This document shows, piece after piece, positions 49,928-63,327 of a DNA stretch of 64,000 nucleotides; position 1 is the first letter of the stretch, and the number at the start of each line of letters is the position of its first letter. The translations under genes and the position numbers were made by a program. The notes beneath the pieces were generated by a model. That model ran no database searches, was not told the origin of the DNA, and saw only the letters and a program-made list of their open reading frames with translations. The stretch comes from Octopus sinensis (lineage: Eukaryota), in assembly GCF_006345805.1 (NCBI RefSeq), contig NC_043005.1, positions 59,148,001 through 59,212,000 of the forward strand. The letters run 5' to 3'.

Positions 49928-50342
49928 GGTCTAGGAGTGGTTGCGTGGTAAGTAGCTTGCTTATGAACTGCATGGTTCCGGGTTCAGTCCCACTGCGTGG
50001 CAACTTGGGTAAGTGTCTTCTAATATAGCCTCGGGTCGACCAAAGCCTTGTGAGTGGATTTGGTAGACAGAAACTGAAAGAAGCCCATTGTATATATGTA
50101 TGTATATATGTGGGTGTGTGTGTATGTTTGTGTGTCTGTGTTTGTCCCTCCAACATTGCTTGGCAACCGATGCTGGTGTGTTTACGTCCCCATAACTTAC
50201 CGGTTCGGCAAAAAGAGACTGATAGAATAAGTACTAGGCTTACAAAGATTAAGTCCTGGGGTCAATTTGCTCGACTAAAGGCAGTGCTCCAGCATGGCTA
50301 CAGTCAAATGACTGAAACAAGTAAGAGAGTAAAAGAGAGAGT
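49928..50342 (+). mobile_element. SINE A, full length
   Basis: Homologous to 2425-2830. Confidence 0.92.
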
Positions 50343-51619
50343 AACTCAACAATGACATCTGTGTAAAAAATATGTTAGTTTAAGCAAAGCTAACTTGGAG
50401 TAATTATGTGGCCAGGATAAAATGATAGTAATCAGTGACATGCAAAGAGGGTTGAGAAACAAATTAAACTCTAGCTTTCTGAACAGGGATAATGACTGTA
50501 AGTCACAAATGGGTTTGAAAGATCTCACATTTCTAAACCATATTGCAATTAAGAATCAAGTATTGCTTTGTGGCATGTTTTGACATGAGAAAAATATCTG
50601 ACTGTTGAGTTGATGGTGAACTGAGAAAATAATATGGTGTGTGTGAGTGTGAAAAGAAATGTCAAAATATAAAGGAATATGAGACTTAGGAAATCATGTA
50701 AGACACAATGATGAATGTGTTCCTTGTTTTATAACAGAGAGGAAATACCATGGCTTTGTGTTTATATCCTTTATGTCTTGCCTAACTGACGTTGAATGTA
50801 GGAAGGACAATAGAACAGTGATTCATGAACTGGAGAGGAAAGCAGAAAATGCTTCATCATATGAGAGAAAGACTGAAGTTAACAGCCAAGAATGAATTCT
50901 AGTTGCTGCATAGCTGGAGTGGTTAAAGAGGGCCATGGAAAAATGATAGAAGGGAAAAAGCATGCTACAATGTCAGCTAAAAGGATGGAGACATTCCCTT
51001 ATAACATCAATGATGTTCAAAACCACTGAAAATAGTGGTACTATCAAAAAAGTTGTCAAAATCACTGAGATCTTAAGTTGACAGCTGATGAAGGGTACGG
51101 TATGCAGCGCAATTTCCTTGTATAATATAATCTCTTACTAGCTGGCTTTGTGCCATCAAAAATGACAGCTAATTGTAGTATTTTATATATAAATAAAGTA
51201 CAAAATAAGTACATAATAATCACAGATACATACATGCACACACATACACACATATACTCACGCAGAGTTGAAATGCTGTTTGATTTTTCTTTTCAGCATT
51301 GAATGTTCACCATCCCACTTCCATTTGAAAACACACACACACATACACAAACCTTCACATGACTCCCTTTTACATACACACACATATACACACGGAGAGT
51401 TGAGATGCTGTTTGATTTTTCTGTAAGTGTTGAATGTTCATCATCCCAAATTCAATTTGATATCACCCCTTCCTTCCTTATTCATCTATCCCCCCCTTCC
51501 TTTCTCATTCATATGTTGTGACAAAGAAATACACAAGAGTATCATTATAGTAGATTCTTTTACCTGTCTCAGTCATTGAACTGCAATTATGATGATAGAC
51601 TGTCTTGAAGCTCTAGGAC

Positions 51620-51849
51620 TTAAGTTCTTTCGTTACTGTATTTATTTTGAGATGCTCTGTGTTTCTTCCAATTATTTTAGATATAACAAAGAATTTAGTA
51701 AAATAATATTGTTATCATTGAGCTAGTGTTAAGAACATAATTTGTGACTAAGATTTGGTGGAAGATTTGAATTCAAAACTTATGTAAACAAGACATTTGT
51801 ACTAAAGAGCCAGAGCCGGTTTCAGCCGGGTTGGTAACGAAAGGGTTAA
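51620..51849. mobile_element. piggyBac-type MITE (family 1)
   Basis: ttaagttctttcgttac ... gtaacgaaagggttaa, colinear with 48567-48795. Confidence 0.88.
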
Positions 51850-53231
51850 AGTCTGACAGTGAGTATTTACTATATTGGTCTTTTCTGATCAAACTTATAA
51901 GTTAAAGGGATGTAAATGAACCGACACCAGTTGTCAAACATTACAACACAAAGTGAAACACACACACAGATAGATACTTGTATGTATGATTGTCTGTGTG
52001 TATGTACATATATGTGTGTATGTGTATGTGTGTGTACATATAATTATATGTATATACACAAATCTATAGGCATTTAAGTATACACAGTGCACACACACAC
52101 ACACACATATACATACACACATGCATATGACAAAGCATTGGTTGGTCCCAAACTATGTGCTTATGAAGTGAATATCTTAAATGCCTAGCCGTTTGTGTAC
52201 ATATGGATATTGGTTACACGCAGACACACACGCATATATATATATGTATATATAGGCATACATACACATATACATATATATGTATACATATATATATGTA
52301 TATATGTATATATAGACATACATATATATTCACATATGTATATATATATATACATATATATTCTTAAATTTTTTTAAAATGCCTCGGTATGAAGATATTT
52401 CGTTCGTCCTCCGCCATTACTTTCAATCAAAACTTCCGTCTTTCCAACCCACTTCCGGTGAACCTATATAAATAATCACCTCGTGTGCTTCTCTTTCATT
52501 CACCCTTTCTTGACCACACAGCGATGATCATAGCAAGCAAGCTAAGAATTCTCATTTCATTTCTTCCGACTCTTGTACTACACACATACATTTGCCGCTA
52601 ACCCTTAAATGTTCGAATCTATTCACTAATTCTGCTTGTTCTTAAAATATAACCCGTTAATTTGTTTAACCCCTCGGTACCAAGTTAATTTGTTCGTTAC
52701 TCTGTTCATTTCTTCAAACCCCGATTGTTTTAAGTCTACTGTCCCCAATCAAAATCTTCGCGGTTCGCCCGCCCTCCCACCCCCACCACTCATACCGGAG
52801 AACACTCTGTTTACACCATCCTCACCGGATATCCCCTCTACCACCGCCACCACTACGAGTGTCTGTTCCTCCTACCCCTCCTCCTCAATATACTTTCTCA
52901 CTATGTATTTTACCCCTGCCTCTCTCCCCCTGGACAGAAGCAGCTAGCGCTGCAGCTCATCAAACGTCCCACTTAACCTGTTATCTTATGTTCCTCCTGT
53001 TTTGAAATGTGTCACTGCCTCAACCTTCCAGCCCCCTCCCCCACTCGTGATATCCTACGTTTTACCTCCTACTTTTCATTCTGTCTAGAACCTGCCACCA
53101 ACCCTACCTGTCATCGTTTCTCTTTACCCCAAACCTTCCCCACTGGTGCTCCCCTATATTACGTGCACCCCCTCCACTCTCTCTCCCTCTTTCCTCTCTG
53201 CCGGAACCCTCCCCCCTGCCGCAATGCAACG

Positions 53232-53472
53232 AAAAAAGGCAATAACCGATCGTGGCCGATGCCAGACCCCTCTGGCACCTGTGCAGGTGGCACGTAAAAA
53301 GCACCCACTACACTCGCGGAGTGGTTGGCGTTAGGAAGGGCATCCAGCTGTAGAAACACTGCCAGATCAGACTGGAGCCTGGGGCAGTCCCTGCTCCCCA
53401 GATCCCGGTCAAACCGTCCAACCCGTGCTAGCGCGGAAAACGGACGTTAAACGATGATGATGATGATGATGA
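53232..53472 (+). mobile_element. RTE-related 3' tail
   Basis: Closely matches 13030-13237 and ends cggacgttaaac(gat)n. A diverged copy lies at 59100-59480. Confidence 0.85.
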
Positions 53473-53650
53473 TATATCTATCTATCTATATATATATTAT
53501 ATATATATATATATATACACATATACATATATATATATACGTGTATATATATGCATATATATTTATATGTATTGGTTATATATTTATACATATACATATA
53601 TATGTGCATGTGTGTGAGTGTGTATGAATATATTACTCTCTCTCTTGTTT

Positions 53651-53705
<55 letters not shown>

Positions 53706-54254
53706 CATACACATATACATACACACATGGATGTATATATACATGCATACATACATATATATTCATTTACATATATATGTCTATGTATGTATGTATATAT
53801 ACATACAAACACATATACATACATATATATTTACACACACACATTATATATATATATATATATTGACACGTACTCTCATACTGTTACAATATATAAAAAG
53901 TGCCCATTAACCTTTCCTCGTGTCTAATGGAATATATTACAATTGTATGCACAAGAGACAGTTGAACGGAGATAATGAAATATTGCAAGTAGGAGATCTA
54001 TATATTAACTCTTCTTTCCTAATCACCTTCTGCTCTCTTCTGTCTAGAAACTTTTGTCTCATGGCAGTCCTGTCTATTAATATTTTGCTACTCCATGCAG
54101 CACATGTGAGTGATGGCGAGCAGAATTCCTCAGGACGTATTCAATATGTCATTGAAAAATTTTAAAAAGCAAAATCATCATCCGCTTCTTCAATATCGTC
54201 TTCTGATTCTTCATCATCATCATCATCGTCATCGTCATCGTCACCATTCATCTC

Positions 54255-54790
54255 CCTCCTCCCCTTCCTCCTTCTGTTCCTCCTTTTCTTCTTGTTCTTT
54301 TGCCTCTTCTTACCCTCCTCCTTTTTCCTCCTCTTCTTCCTCTTCTGCTTCCCCCTTGCCGTCCTCCTCCCTTTCCTTCTTTTCTTCTTCCTTCTCCTTT
54401 TCTGCCTTTTTCTTCCCCTTCTGCCTCTTCTTACCCGCCTCCTTTTTTCCTCCTCCTCTTCTTCTTCCTTTGCCTCTTCTGCTTCCTCCTCACCCTCTCC
54501 TTTTCCTCCTTTTCTTCTGCCTCTGCCCCTTCTGCTTCCTCCTCACCCCCTCCTTTTCCTCCTTTTTCTTCTTCCTCTGCCTCTTCTGCTTCCTCCTCAC
54601 CCTCCTTCTCCTTTACCTCCTTTTCTTTTTCCTCTGCCCCTTCTTCCTCCTCCTCTTTTTCCTCCTTTTCTTCTTCTGCCTCTTCTTACCCTCCTCCTTT
54701 TTTCCTCCTCTTCTTCTTCCTCTGCCTCTTCTGCTTCCTCATCGTCCTCCTCCTCCTTTTCTTCTTCCTCTGCCTCTTCTTCACTTTGCA
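54255..54790. repeat. Polypyrimidine (CTT/CCT) tract with higher-order subrepeats
   Basis: Recurrent tctgcctcttc motif, almost no purines on the + strand. Confidence 0.9.
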
Positions 54791-55337
54791 AAGTTCAGTA
54801 GACATGAAGCATGAAGAATCTAACATGTGGTTCAGTGGTTAGGGTACTCAGCTCTCTGTCATAAAACCATGAGGTTGATTCCTGATGGTGTGTTGTATCC
54901 TTGAGCAAGACACTTTATTTCACATTGCTCCAGTCCAATCTGCTGGCAAAAATAAATTGTACTTGTAATTCAAAGGGTCAGCCTCTTCATACTCTCTGTC
55001 ATGCTGAATCCTCCTGAGGATCATGCCTGTTGAATGCTCAACCATTTGCACATTAATTGCTTGAGTAAGCTGTTCTGTTTATCAGATTAACTGGAGCCCT
55101 TAGTATTATAACCGGTGGAGTGTCAGTATAGAGTGTAGCATTTCAGCTCACTGTCTCCAGTGGCACAGCTAACAGGGGAGCAATTGGGGTGATTGCTCTT
55201 CCTGAGCGCATTTTCCAAAATTGGCACCTTCCCAAGAACTTATTTTAACTCTTTAGTTACCTATATCAGTAGTTGTAAGTCTCATACTTAAAGACATTGT
55301 TACTGAAACATGAAATTAATGAATGCAAAATTGTTGT

Positions 55338-55846
55338 GACCCCCTTCGGTCATGAATGACCATGGGATTGTACCTACAAAGTTACCTTCCAAGGCACAAG
55401 TCTGAGCAAGGTTGTTTATGGAAGACCAGCAGTTGCCTATGCATACCAGCCTGCCCTCTCCACACCACCGATGTTATCCAAGGGAAAAGCAAAGGCTGAT
55501 TACAGCTTGGCACCAGTGACATTGCAGCTCATCTATTAACGTGCAAGTGGCCAAGCATTTCACAGACATGTGTACCTTTAACATAGTTCTCAGGGAGATT
55601 CATCGTGACACAGAGTGTGACAAGGCTGGCCCTTTGAAATACAGGTACAACAGAATCAGGAAGGAAGAGTGAGAGAAAGTTGTGGTGAAAGAGTACAGCA
55701 GGGTTCACCACCACCCCCTGCCGGATCCTCATGGAGCTTTGGATGATTTTGCTCAATAAACACTCACAATGCCCGGTCTGGGAATCGAAACCGTGATCCT
55801 ACGACCACGAGTCCACTGCCCTAACAACTGGGCCATTGCACCTTCA
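55338..55846 (-). mobile_element. Chimeric SINE C-related element (tail 2 switching to tail 3)
   Basis: tRNA-like head at 55846-55760, a tail shared with 37682-38015, then a switch near 55535 to the tail seen at 58005-58200. Confidence 0.75.
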
Positions 55847-55871
55847 CAATGAATGCATAATACAATTACAT

Positions 55872-56283
55872 ATACTCTTTTACTCTCTCTTTTACTTGTT
55901 TCAGTCATTTGACTGCGGCCATGCTGGAGCACCACCTTTAGTCGAGCAAATCGACCCCGGGACTTATTCTTTGTAAGCCCAGTACTTATTCTATCGGTCT
56001 CTTTTGCTGAACCGCTAAGTGACAGGGACGTAAACACACCAGCATCGGTTGTCAAGCAATGCTAGGGAGACAAACACAGACACACAAACACATACACACA
56101 TATATATATACATATATACGACAGGCTTCTTTCAGTTTCCGTCTACCAAATCCACTCACAAGGCATTGGTCGGCCTGGGGCTATAGCAGAAGACACTTGC
56201 CCAAGATGCCACATAGTGGGACTGAACCCAGGACCATGTGGTTGGTTAGCAAGCTACTTACCACACAGCCACTCCTGCACCTA
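55872..56283 (-). mobile_element. SINE A, full length
   Basis: Reverse complement of family A. Confidence 0.92.
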
Positions 56284-58004
56284 TATTATAACTAATGAAA
56301 TATTTTGCATAATATAAAAGAAATGAGTTGCTTGGTATGTGTCACAGTGCCATTTTTTTATGTGCTCACACCCCCTAACTTTAGAACTTGGATATGCCTC
56401 TGTCCTTTCCCTCCATCTGAGACTGAAAAACAGAGGAAAGTGGGATGTTGCCATTTGGTCTGGAGACAAATAAATGTTATCAGGAATCACAGTGTAACTC
56501 CAATTATCTCAGTGTCTCTGATCTTTCTGATGAAACTCAAGTACCTCTGGTTTCACTTCTTACTTCTTGATCTATACTTCTTCCATACTGAATAAATAGC
56601 ACTTCTTATTTTGTAAATTTAGTGATATAAAAGAGATAAATAAAAAAAAAAGTAAGCAAATATGGTTTTTGATGCCAGCAAAACTTGATTAGAATGAAGG
56701 ATGCATTTTGAGTCACCCTTTTTGACTGTAGATATCATGTTGCTCTACCTAATGGTAACACAATCTTGATATGACACACTTTCAATTCATATTGTTTAAT
56801 ATTTTCTGCTTATTTGTAGACAATTCTATTAATTTGAATTTGTTTTGTCTTTTATTTTATTTGCAATGACTTCTTCAAATTCTGAAGAATTTACAAACTG
56901 AACAAGTTTGTTTTCTATAAATTGTTTTAAAGAAGGTAAAAAGAATACTTGGATAAATATGACCTTATGGGCTCACATTGACATAAAGGAATCTAAAGGC
57001 TTGGTATTTAGTGATATGTCAGTGCTAATAATGATTTTTTTTTACATTGTACAAGTTTACATGTTTATTGAGAAAGGGCACGCTTAATTTAATCTCTCTC
57101 AATACAGTAATTCTTATTTGTATTATCTTTTAAAATGAAAGGCAAATTTGATTCCAAATGTCATTGAATAGTAAATTAAATTTCATTCAATGACTGTACC
57201 ATTTTTACCACTCGACTGCTTTATCAGTTCAAATAGTAATTAATGATTTTTATTCATATTTCTTAACATGAATTTTCAAAATAAATACAGCATTTTAATT
57301 AATTTTTTTCAAATTTTTATTATTTTTATTTTTTCAATGCATCCTTTCCACTGCTGTAGTAAAAATGTCAATAACTAATAGAAATGATTAAATATAATTA
57401 ATTTTATTTATGTAATTATTTTTCAATTTATTTTTATATTTTTATGAGAAATTGATTCAGTTTAAACGCCTAAATGTCTGATACAAGTTTTTTTAAATAG
57501 AATTATAATTGTTTAGACAATTAACCTCATCTTTAGAGATGAAACATTTTTTTTACATATTTACATCTACACTATGTTTCAATCATATTGGTCTCCAATT
57601 AACAGTATACCTGCTTTCACGTATACCAGTACCTGAATAGAAAAAAATATTATGAAATATTAGTTTAGCAGTAATAAAAAACAATTCTGAGTGCAAATAC
57701 TCAGGTAAGCAGTATTGTTCAGTGAATAACCTTCTGTATATGTCTAGTACTTATTATATTGATCATGGATTAACTCTTTAACATTCAGATTATTCTGTCA
57801 AATGTAATATTTGTTTATTCACAGTTCTTTGAATTAAGTATGCATTATCTCATAGCTTCAAGATTTCGATGATGCGATTGTTTGTTTTTAGAATGACATT
57901 GTAGGATAGGTGTGATAGGTGTGATAGGCCAGATGTAACTGGTTTGAACATAAAATTTATAGAATATTTAGGCCAGATAAAAAATGGTAAAAACTCCCTT
58001 TGGT

Positions 58005-58320
58005 TATGAATGATCATGGGATTGCACCAAGAAAGTTACTCTCCAAGGCACAATTCTGAGCAAAGTTGTTTATGGAAGACCAGCAGTCATCCATACATAG
58101 CAATCCTCCCCCTCTCTCTCTCTCTATGCCACCAATGTTGTCCAAGGGAAAGGCAAAGGCTGATACAGCTTGGCACCAGTGACGTTGCAACTCATTTCCA
58201 CAGCTGAGTGAACTGGAGCTATGTGAGGTAAAGTGTTTTGCTGAAGAACAACACACAGCCTGGTCTGGGAACTGAACTTGCTTCCACATGATTGTGAGTC
58301 CAACGTTCTATCCACTGAGC
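58005..58320 (-). mobile_element. SINE C variant (tail 3)
   Basis: Shares the ctccagttcactcagctg core, followed by the tail also present at 55338-55535. Confidence 0.8.
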
Positions 58321-58634
58321 AGGTTTAAATGCTAAAGCATTAATGATAAACAACTGGCTCCAATGCAGTTTGAATTTAGAATGCAGTTACATACTGCTTG
58401 AACATTGTTGCCTTTCCACTGCTGTGAAACGTTGGCACTTGGTCATAAGTTTCAAAGGTGAGGTGTACAGAATTTATTTCTTCAAACTTCACAAGAATGA
58501 AAGTTAAAGTCAATCATGATGGGATTTTAACTCAGAAGTTAAAAGAACGTATTCCCTGTGGTGCAGGAGATAGCACAGTGGACATCTAATCCAGACGTTT
58601 GTATCCCACCAGGAATGATAATTCACTCCTTCAT

Positions 58635-59038
58635 AGGTGCAGGCATGGCTGTGTGATAAGAAGCTTACTTCCCAACCACATGTGTTCAGTCCCACTGTGT
58701 GGCACCTTGGGCAAGTGTCTTCTACTATAGCCTTGGGCTGACCAAGGCTTTGTGAGTAGACTTGGTAGACGGAAACTGAAAAAGAAGCCTGTCATATAAA
58801 TATATATATATATATGTATATATGTTTGTGTGTCTGTGCTTGTCCCCCCACCATCACTTGACAACTGATGTTGGTGTGTTTACATCCCTGTAACTTAGTG
58901 GTTTGGCAAAAGTGACCAATAGAATAAGTACTAGGCTTACAAAGAATAAATCCTGGGGTCAATTTATTTGACTAAACGCAGTGTTCCAGCATGGCCACAG
59001 TCAAATCATTGAAACAAGTATAAGAATAAAAGAATAAA
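58635..59038 (+). mobile_element. SINE A
   Basis: Homologous to 2425-2830. Confidence 0.9.
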
Positions 59039-60459
59039 TACTGCAAGATATTGATGACCAAATATCGAGGACAGTGATTCATTAAGGATTTTGTCTATGT
59101 CATGCCCGTGCCAGTGTCACATACAAAATCACCCATGGTAGTACCACGTAAAAGGCACCTGTGCCAGTGCCAAAAAAGAAGCACCCTTGCCAGTGCTACG
59201 TTTAGGGCACTTGTACTGGTGCCATATAAAGAACACCTGCACCAATGCCATGTATAAAGCACTCATGAAGGTGCCATGTATGAAACACCTGGGCCAGTGC
59301 CATGTATGAAGCACTCAGTACACTCTGTACAGTGATTGGCATTAAGAAGGACATCCAGAGGTAGAAACTGGGCCAAAACAAACAGCTGAAGTCTGGGGCA
59401 GCTCTCCAGCTGGCCAGCTTCTCTCAGAGCATCCAACCTATACCAGTTTGGAAAACGATTGTTGAATGGTGATGGTTATGACTGATTACACACAAAGAGA
59501 AACAATAAGTCATTAATGGGGTTGTGTTTCTCTATATTGTTCCAAACAATCAAGATGACTGTTACTGTTGTTTAGCTTCAGGCTATCCTCGATTGAGCTA
59601 GGCTATTGTAAAAGATATTCTAGCAATTTGAATTTCAAGCAAATGAAAAACAGAAGATGGAATGTATGAGAATTTATTATTAATCACGACAATTGTGTCG
59701 ACACATCTAGCATCAATTCCTCTTGTAGGACACTCAACAACTGGTTCAGGGGCATCCGGTGGTGCAGATATATCTTGCTGGGTGATAAATAAATAAAAAG
59801 AATTTGGTAACATTTAATGCACAAAAGTTGAAGATTCAAAGATCTACTACTACTACTACTACATGATGTTGACTAGATGTTTGACTTTTATCACTATTGG
59901 TACGTGTCCTCTGGTTGCACTGGGCTCAGATTGACACTCTAAAACTCTGAACTGTTTGTATTGGAGCTTCCAGCACAAATGCCAAGCATTACAGCATGTC
60001 ATTTCCAAATTTCTGGCAGAGGGAATTGTGTCATGGTGCTGTTTTTCTCACAGATGGTGCCCAACTGACCCTACTACACTGAGTAGTCGACAGAATCAAA
60101 AACAAACAATGCACATGTGCAAGATTAAAAATATAAAATGGTGAAAATATACCCATTTATATATGTATATAAAACAGGGATTACATTGTCTTGTGTATCC
60201 TTCTGTATGAAAGGTGTTAAGATTTAATATCTGCTATCAACACTGTTATTATTGTTTTTGCTATTACCATCATTGCTAACATTGCTGCTGCTACTTTTCT
60301 CATTATTATCATCATTGTCGTTATCACCATCATCATCATCACCATCATGTTGTTTTTGATTGTCATCATCATTACTATTCAATGACTTCTTTTAATGCTT
60401 ATTTTAATTCTCATTGTATTCGTTGCTTACACAAAAGTTGAAGATTTAAAGATCTACTA

Positions 60460-60467
60460 CTACTACA

Positions 60468-60501
<34 letters not shown>

Positions 60502-60940
60502 ATAATAATAATAATAATACTGCTGCTGCTCTCCTCCTTCCCCCCATTCCTCCTCTTCCCGTTCCTCCTCCTCCCGTTCCTCTTCCTCCTTTTCTTCTTC
60601 TTCCTCCTCCTCCTCCTTTTCTTCTTCGTCTTCTTCTTCCTCTTTTCTCCAGATCCTCCTCCCCTTCCACTTCATCCCGATCCTCCTCCCCTTCCTCTTC
60701 CTCGCGATCCTCCTCCCCTTCCTCTTCCGCCTGATCCTCCTCCTCCTCCCCTTCCTCTTCCGCCTGATCCTCCTCCCCCTCCCATTTCTCCTCCTCCTCC
60801 TTCAGCCCCCTCTTCTTCCTCCCTCCCTTCCTCCTCTTCCTCCGTTCCTCCTCCCCCTCCTTCTCCTACCATTCCTCCTCCTCTCCCCATCCCCCCTCTT
60901 CCTCACATTCCTCCTCCTCCTCCCATTGCTACTACTACTG
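60460..60940. repeat. (TAC)n/(TAA)n plus polypyrimidine (CCT/CTT) low-complexity tract
   Basis: Read directly. Confidence 0.93.
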
Positions 60941-61189
60941 CTGCAATGCTGCCGCCAATTTTGTAACATTTAATGCACACTGTCAACAAATCTCATTTAT
61001 CCTGCCATTTAATCTTCACATGCATAAACAACATAAACAACGACACATCACCACCACCACCACCACCACCACTTCTCACTCATATACATGTAGACATACA
61101 GATACATACACGCACCACACTTACACATTTTGTGTTTTGCTATTCACTGATATTAAAATATTGTATTTCTTTTAATTTTATCTTTCCAG

Positions 61190-61318
61190 CAATACAGCTC
61201 AGTGATCAAGAACTTGTTATGGCTGCGAAATCAAAACAAATCCTCACCGTAGTCGTTGTGCCGCCTGCCCATGGAACATTTCAGTTTACCATTTCTTACA
61301 AACTCATACTCAACGAAG
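61190..61318 (+). CDS. CFAP65: Internal coding exon (129 nt, phase 1-1), probably cilia- and flagella-associated protein 65 (ASH/Ig-like repeat)
   Basis: Acceptor ttttatctttccag| and donor gaag|gtattt. Peptide (A)IQLSDQELVMAAKSKQILTVVVVPPAHGTFQFTISYKLILNE aligns without gaps to my recollection of human CFAP65 ALQLDRTEGSMPPNSQDTICLTACPKQRSQYSWTITYSLL. The symbol is from memory, not from a search, and other ASH-domain proteins are not excluded. Confidence 0.55.
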
Positions 61319-62122
61319 GTATTTCATGCACCATTGGACACTAGACACATTTGTATGTACTTGTGTATATTTGTGCATACATATGTACGTATATATGTGT
61401 GTGTGTGTCTGTGTGTGTCTGTGTGTGTCAGTGTGTATACATATATGTCTATGCACACACACACACACACATATATCCATATATAAATGTATATATGTAT
61501 ATATATACATATTCAGTGTACTTATATATACACGTGTGTGTATTCATGTATATAGATAAATATATATATATATATATATGTGTATATAAACATACATGTA
61601 CATATATATATATATGTATATCTATATATATATATATATATATATAAATGTATATATATACACATATATATATATAATACACACATACAGTCACACACAC
61701 ACATACACACATACACACACAAACATGTATACATGCATTTTCTTACTGGTGCAAAAAATTGCTTGTAAAAGAGAAAAGATAGAACTCAGCATGAGAAGTA
61801 AATAAAATTTATATCTTTTATTGAAAGCTGGAATTTTCCAGTCACACTTCTCTGAGATTTACATTTCCAATTTTCTGAACTTCTCAATATATGATTCCTT
61901 TCTTTAAGGGCAAATCTGTGTTTTTTTGGTTTTTTTTTTGGCAGTTGTTAATTCTCCATCTTCATTAAACATTTGGTTGCAATATTTGTCTACTGAAGTT
62001 CTCAATGTCATTAGACATGCTTTTTTGTGCAGCAGTTTTCCTTATCTTACTTTTTTTTTATGTGATGACCATGTTGAATATATCAAATTTATGACATTTT
62101 TTAATGTTTTTTTCATTTAGAG

Positions 62123-62337
62123 CAGTCGTTCTCAACCATATTGTACTTATGGACCCCATTGCCATTTTTTTTTAACAATCCTATTATATTTTCCTAATTA
62201 AATATGAATAGTATAAAAAAATTTTCAAAACATTTTGTATATTGTAGAAGTATTACCAATTTATTGCCTGTAAATGTTAACCACAAAATCTTTTATGAAC
62301 CTGCAAGGGCCTTACAGACCCTGGTTGCGAACCACTG
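62123..62337. mobile_element. hAT (Charlie-like) MITE
   Basis: TIRs cagtcgttctcaacc and ggttgcgaaccactg, with an 8-bp TSD atttagag/atttagat (7 of 8 matching). Confidence 0.88.
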
Positions 62338-62879
62338 ATTTAGATTACTTTATAACATAGGATATTACTCCAATGTTTTGTGATGGGTTATACCATATAA
62401 CATTTCCTTTTTACTTTTTTTTTGAGGCAAAGTAGGGCTGTTTCTAGATGGTGTGGCAAGGTTTTCATTCTTTTTTGGTTGTGCAATATTATGATACTCT
62501 ACAGCCTTATTGAATATGACTTTGTTGGAGGATAATGTGCTTATCCTTTTTCTGATGATCAGTAGAACATGCTTGATGACACTGGGTGTAATGCGGAGGT
62601 CTATGCTTTCTTGAAGAGCCCCTCTGAGTTTGAGTTTGGCAAAGCATGACATCAAGAAAGTTTACTACTATGCAGCTCACAGCAAGCTTCAGACAGAATT
62701 TATATTAATATTGTATTTGTTTCTTGAGAGTACCAATCATTTATTCATTTTCATTGTTTGAAATAATACTGTATATACGATTTTTGTTCTTGGAAAGCAA
62801 TTGTTATTTCCTATTTGCTTACCCCTAGAAAGTAGGGAAATTGGCTAATATTTCCTTCAAACTTACCTCTTGTTATGAT

Positions 62880-63322
62880 ATTTATTGAAACCCCAGAGAA
62901 TTGCTCTCAACAGATGACAATGATGCTCTCCCACTACTCCTACTCATGATCAAAGACACATATTGTCAGCCACTAAAAGACCTCCTCAAGTGGTCATGGT
63001 TAAGCAACTGACAAGCAAATCTGTAGTATTGAGCAGAATATTTGCTATAATGATATTTCTGCTTTAACAACTCCACACTGAATCAGTCCAAAACGTAATG
63101 GAAAGTATGAAAATGGGTAATATTTCCTTTAAATTTTGCTTTTGTTACATTTATTCAAGCCCCCAAAGAATCCCTCTCAGCACATGACTATGATGCTCCC
63201 CAACTACTCTTGCTCATGATCAGAAATACTCATATTGTCAACCACTAAAGGACATGCTCAAGTGGTTACAGTCAAGCAACTGATGAACAAATCTGGTATT
63301 GTGCAGAATATTTGCTATAACA
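62880..63322. mobile_element. Two partial tandem copies of family E
   Basis: ccactactcc...catgatca...aagcaactga...tattgagcagaatatttgct occurs twice and is homologous to 14290-14410. Confidence 0.75.
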
Positions 63323-63327
63323 GTATT

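Noticed and set aside
52930-52972. ctggacaga...caaacgtc as a hammerhead
   Set aside because: It needs several indels to restore the core, and the helix I partner is absent.
55345-55460. HDV-like ribozyme in SINE tail 3
   Set aside because: Some pairings exist, but I could not build a consistent P1-P2-P3-P1.1-P4 double pseudoknot.
57672-57704. 33-nt phase-1 micro-exon VIKNNSECKYS as the upstream CFAP65 exon
   Set aside because: Poor acceptor, and the spacing to the next exon does not match the recalled protein.
58339-58400. APMQFEFRM resembling CFAP65 PLQFEWRV
   Set aside because: Bounded by stops on both sides with no splice signals, so probably coincidental.
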